A stretch of DNA of 64,000 nt from Utricularia gibba. Taxonomy: Eukaryota; Plantae; Magnoliophyta. Positions within the stretch are counted from its first letter, which is position 1, and every line of letters starts with the position of its first letter. Below the pieces are notes generated by a model that saw nothing but the letters and a program-made list of their open reading frames with translations, made no database searches and was not told where the DNA came from. The position numbers were made by a program, and so were the translations under genes. This document shows positions 62,165-64,000 of the stretch, one piece after another. The stretch lies in the NCBI GenBank assembly GCA_002189035.1, contig CM007989.1:7812001-7876000 (forward strand), read 5' to 3'.

Positions 62165-63799
62165 AGCTTCTGAGCACGGCCCCCCTGGAAATGGGCCTCC
62201 GGCGAGACCTCCGGTGCCCGCTGCTTCCTATAAAGAGATCGCCAGAAAACGCCGTCGTCGTCGTGAAAAGACGAGAGAATGAGATTCGAATCGCGCGGCG
62301 GTGCGAGGAGGAATTTTCCATTCTTTTCCTTCTCTTAAAACATCGGATTATCAGGACTCCATTTGCTCGGTCAATATTTTCTGCCATCCCCTTCCTGCGC
62401 GTGAAATTACCTATTCGTCCCGTAGGGTTACCACTCCAATCCCCAAATTTATATATTTATTTTGGAAATACGTGAAATAAATCAAGTATCTTTACATAAA
62501 AGATTATAATAATCTATTTATTTAAATATATTTTGTTCAATAATCTTTACATGTTCAACATTTGTTCTAATATCAAATGTTATGATTCGCATTCTCATTG
62601 CACAATGATTAATGAAATTCGATTTGAATTTTCAATACTTATTGTTTTATGTTATTATCTTTTATGAAAATATTATTTATAAATCTTGTTTATAAATATA
62701 TCCAAATAAATGAAATTCTATTCTATCCAAATAGAGTTGAGTAGAGTACTATTTGATAGAAATACTACCACCAACAACCCACCTAATTCCAAGGCTATTC
62801 ATTGATTTTTACATCTCATCCCCTCACCGAACTCACCTCCATCTCAATTATAGCCCCTTATCCAAAATATTAAAAAAAATAAAAAATACCCATTTTTTTT
62901 TACATATCAATGAATATAATGTAATAAGAACATTGGGTACTAAACTAATAAAATGTAGAATCGGTTTGGATATTATATGTATTAAATGAGTTTATTAAAT
63001 AAAATTATATGAACATATTTCATAGAATATGAAATTTTATTTTAGATTAAATAAAAATTATGGTATATTATATTCTTTGATGCAAATAACAAAATTTTTG
63101 CTATAAATATCATTAAAATTATTAATTTAATTTCATTAAAAAATAAAAATTTAATATAAAAATATTCATAAGAAATTGTTAAAAAAAACTATGCTCGTGA
63201 CACATCGTGAGGTCCTCCACGTGCTAGCCCTAGGAGTGCTTATTCTCAATATTCTTATTCTTTTAAGTTTTTAATTTATAGAATATGTATAATGAAAATG
63301 CGAAAAATTAATACCTAAAAATGAAATAAATTGTCACAAAATTTAATATATATTTATTCTGAAAAAGAAAAAAATTAAAAAAAAAAAAAAAACAGCATCA
63401 GGAGAGTGGGGGGTGGATGTAGTGTAGTGTACATTAGCGGGAATGATGATCGCCGGGAAGAAAGGCAATGCGCCACGCGTCATTGGGGGATTGGTTGTCC
63501 CCAACTGCCCTACACCCCCCACACAATCCCGTGAGAGAAATCAATATTATTCCCGTGAGGTCCACCGTAGTTACTGTGCTCCACTTTCCCCACACCCCAG
63601 CCCTCCTCCCTCGCCCTCTTAACCGCTCTCTGTGCTCTGACACAGTCCTTCTCACAACACACACATTACCTACACACAACTCCCCTTTAACATCTGTCAC
63701 ATGCTCCTCACTCACTCCCCTTCTTTATATATCCCATTCTCACCCACAATCTGAGATTTGATCCCCCTCTTTCTGTATCGCAAACGGCGCTCGCCGGAG

Positions 63800-63895
63800 A
63801 TGGGACGGAAGGACGGCGGAAGAAGCGGCGGGTGGTTATCCTCCGTTAAAAAGGTTTTCAAGATCTCTCCCGTTCGCCCCTCGCCGGAAAAGAAG
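63800..63895 (+). CDS. First coding exon of an IQ67-domain (IQD) protein; gene continues beyond the window
   Basis: MGRKDGGRSGGWLSSVKKVFK...PEKK followed by a GT donor. This matches the typical IQD N-terminus MGKK-G-WFSxVKKxF. Confidence 0.7.
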
Positions 63896-64000
63896 GTCCC
63901 CTTCTCTCTATTTCTTATTGCATGCCCTCACGGCGAGGTGCCCCCGCCTCTGTGATTCGTAGGGATGATGAGTGCAGCCCAGTGTGGTTAATTAGTTTCG

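Noticed and set aside
1-64000. Conserved miRNA hairpins, rRNA, snRNA bodies, CRISPR arrays or prokaryotic systems
   Set aside because: I found no matches to recalled conserved plant miRNA or snRNA sequences and no regularly spaced repeats; the DNA is clearly intron-containing plant nuclear sequence. An Infernal/Rfam scan would be needed to exclude divergent ncRNAs.

Overview
AT-rich, gene-dense flowering-plant nuclear DNA with short GT-AG introns (many 60-100 nt). I can reconstruct 17 complete protein-coding gene models plus a partial gene at the right edge: SANT/ELM2-type protein, CCCH zinc finger, EPFL2-like peptide, acidic membrane-anchored protein, SPT2, At4g22758-like protein, pyridoxal kinase SOS4, alpha/beta-hydrolase, KCS6-like, HD-Zip I, shortened GBF bZIP, PUB5-like, NAC050/052-like, histone H2B, RING-HC E3, WSD1-like, SGP/Spg1 GTPase-like, and the first exon of an IQD gene. 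A possible spliced 5' leader also runs off the left edge. Also present are a tRNA-Asn(GTT), a Mutator-like non-autonomous element with a perfect 9-bp TSD, a Stowaway-like MITE, and a collapsed SCL15/HAM4 GRAS pseudogene that the ORF track misses. Three patterns stand out. (1) Several genes have lost normally invariant motifs: H2B has LPG replaced by a locally copied VEIQ, the Spg1-like GTPase lacks DxxG, the PUB has an eroded U-box, the GBF lacks its Pro-rich domain, and the HD-Zip has an altered helix 3. This suggests a relaxed or fractionating duplicated block. (2) Four otherwise intact genes each carry a 1-bp deletion in a homopolymer, probably consensus-sequence errors. (3) The tRNA gene lies 44 bp after the PUB stop codon on the same strand. 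Family assignments come from recalled protein motifs, not database searches.
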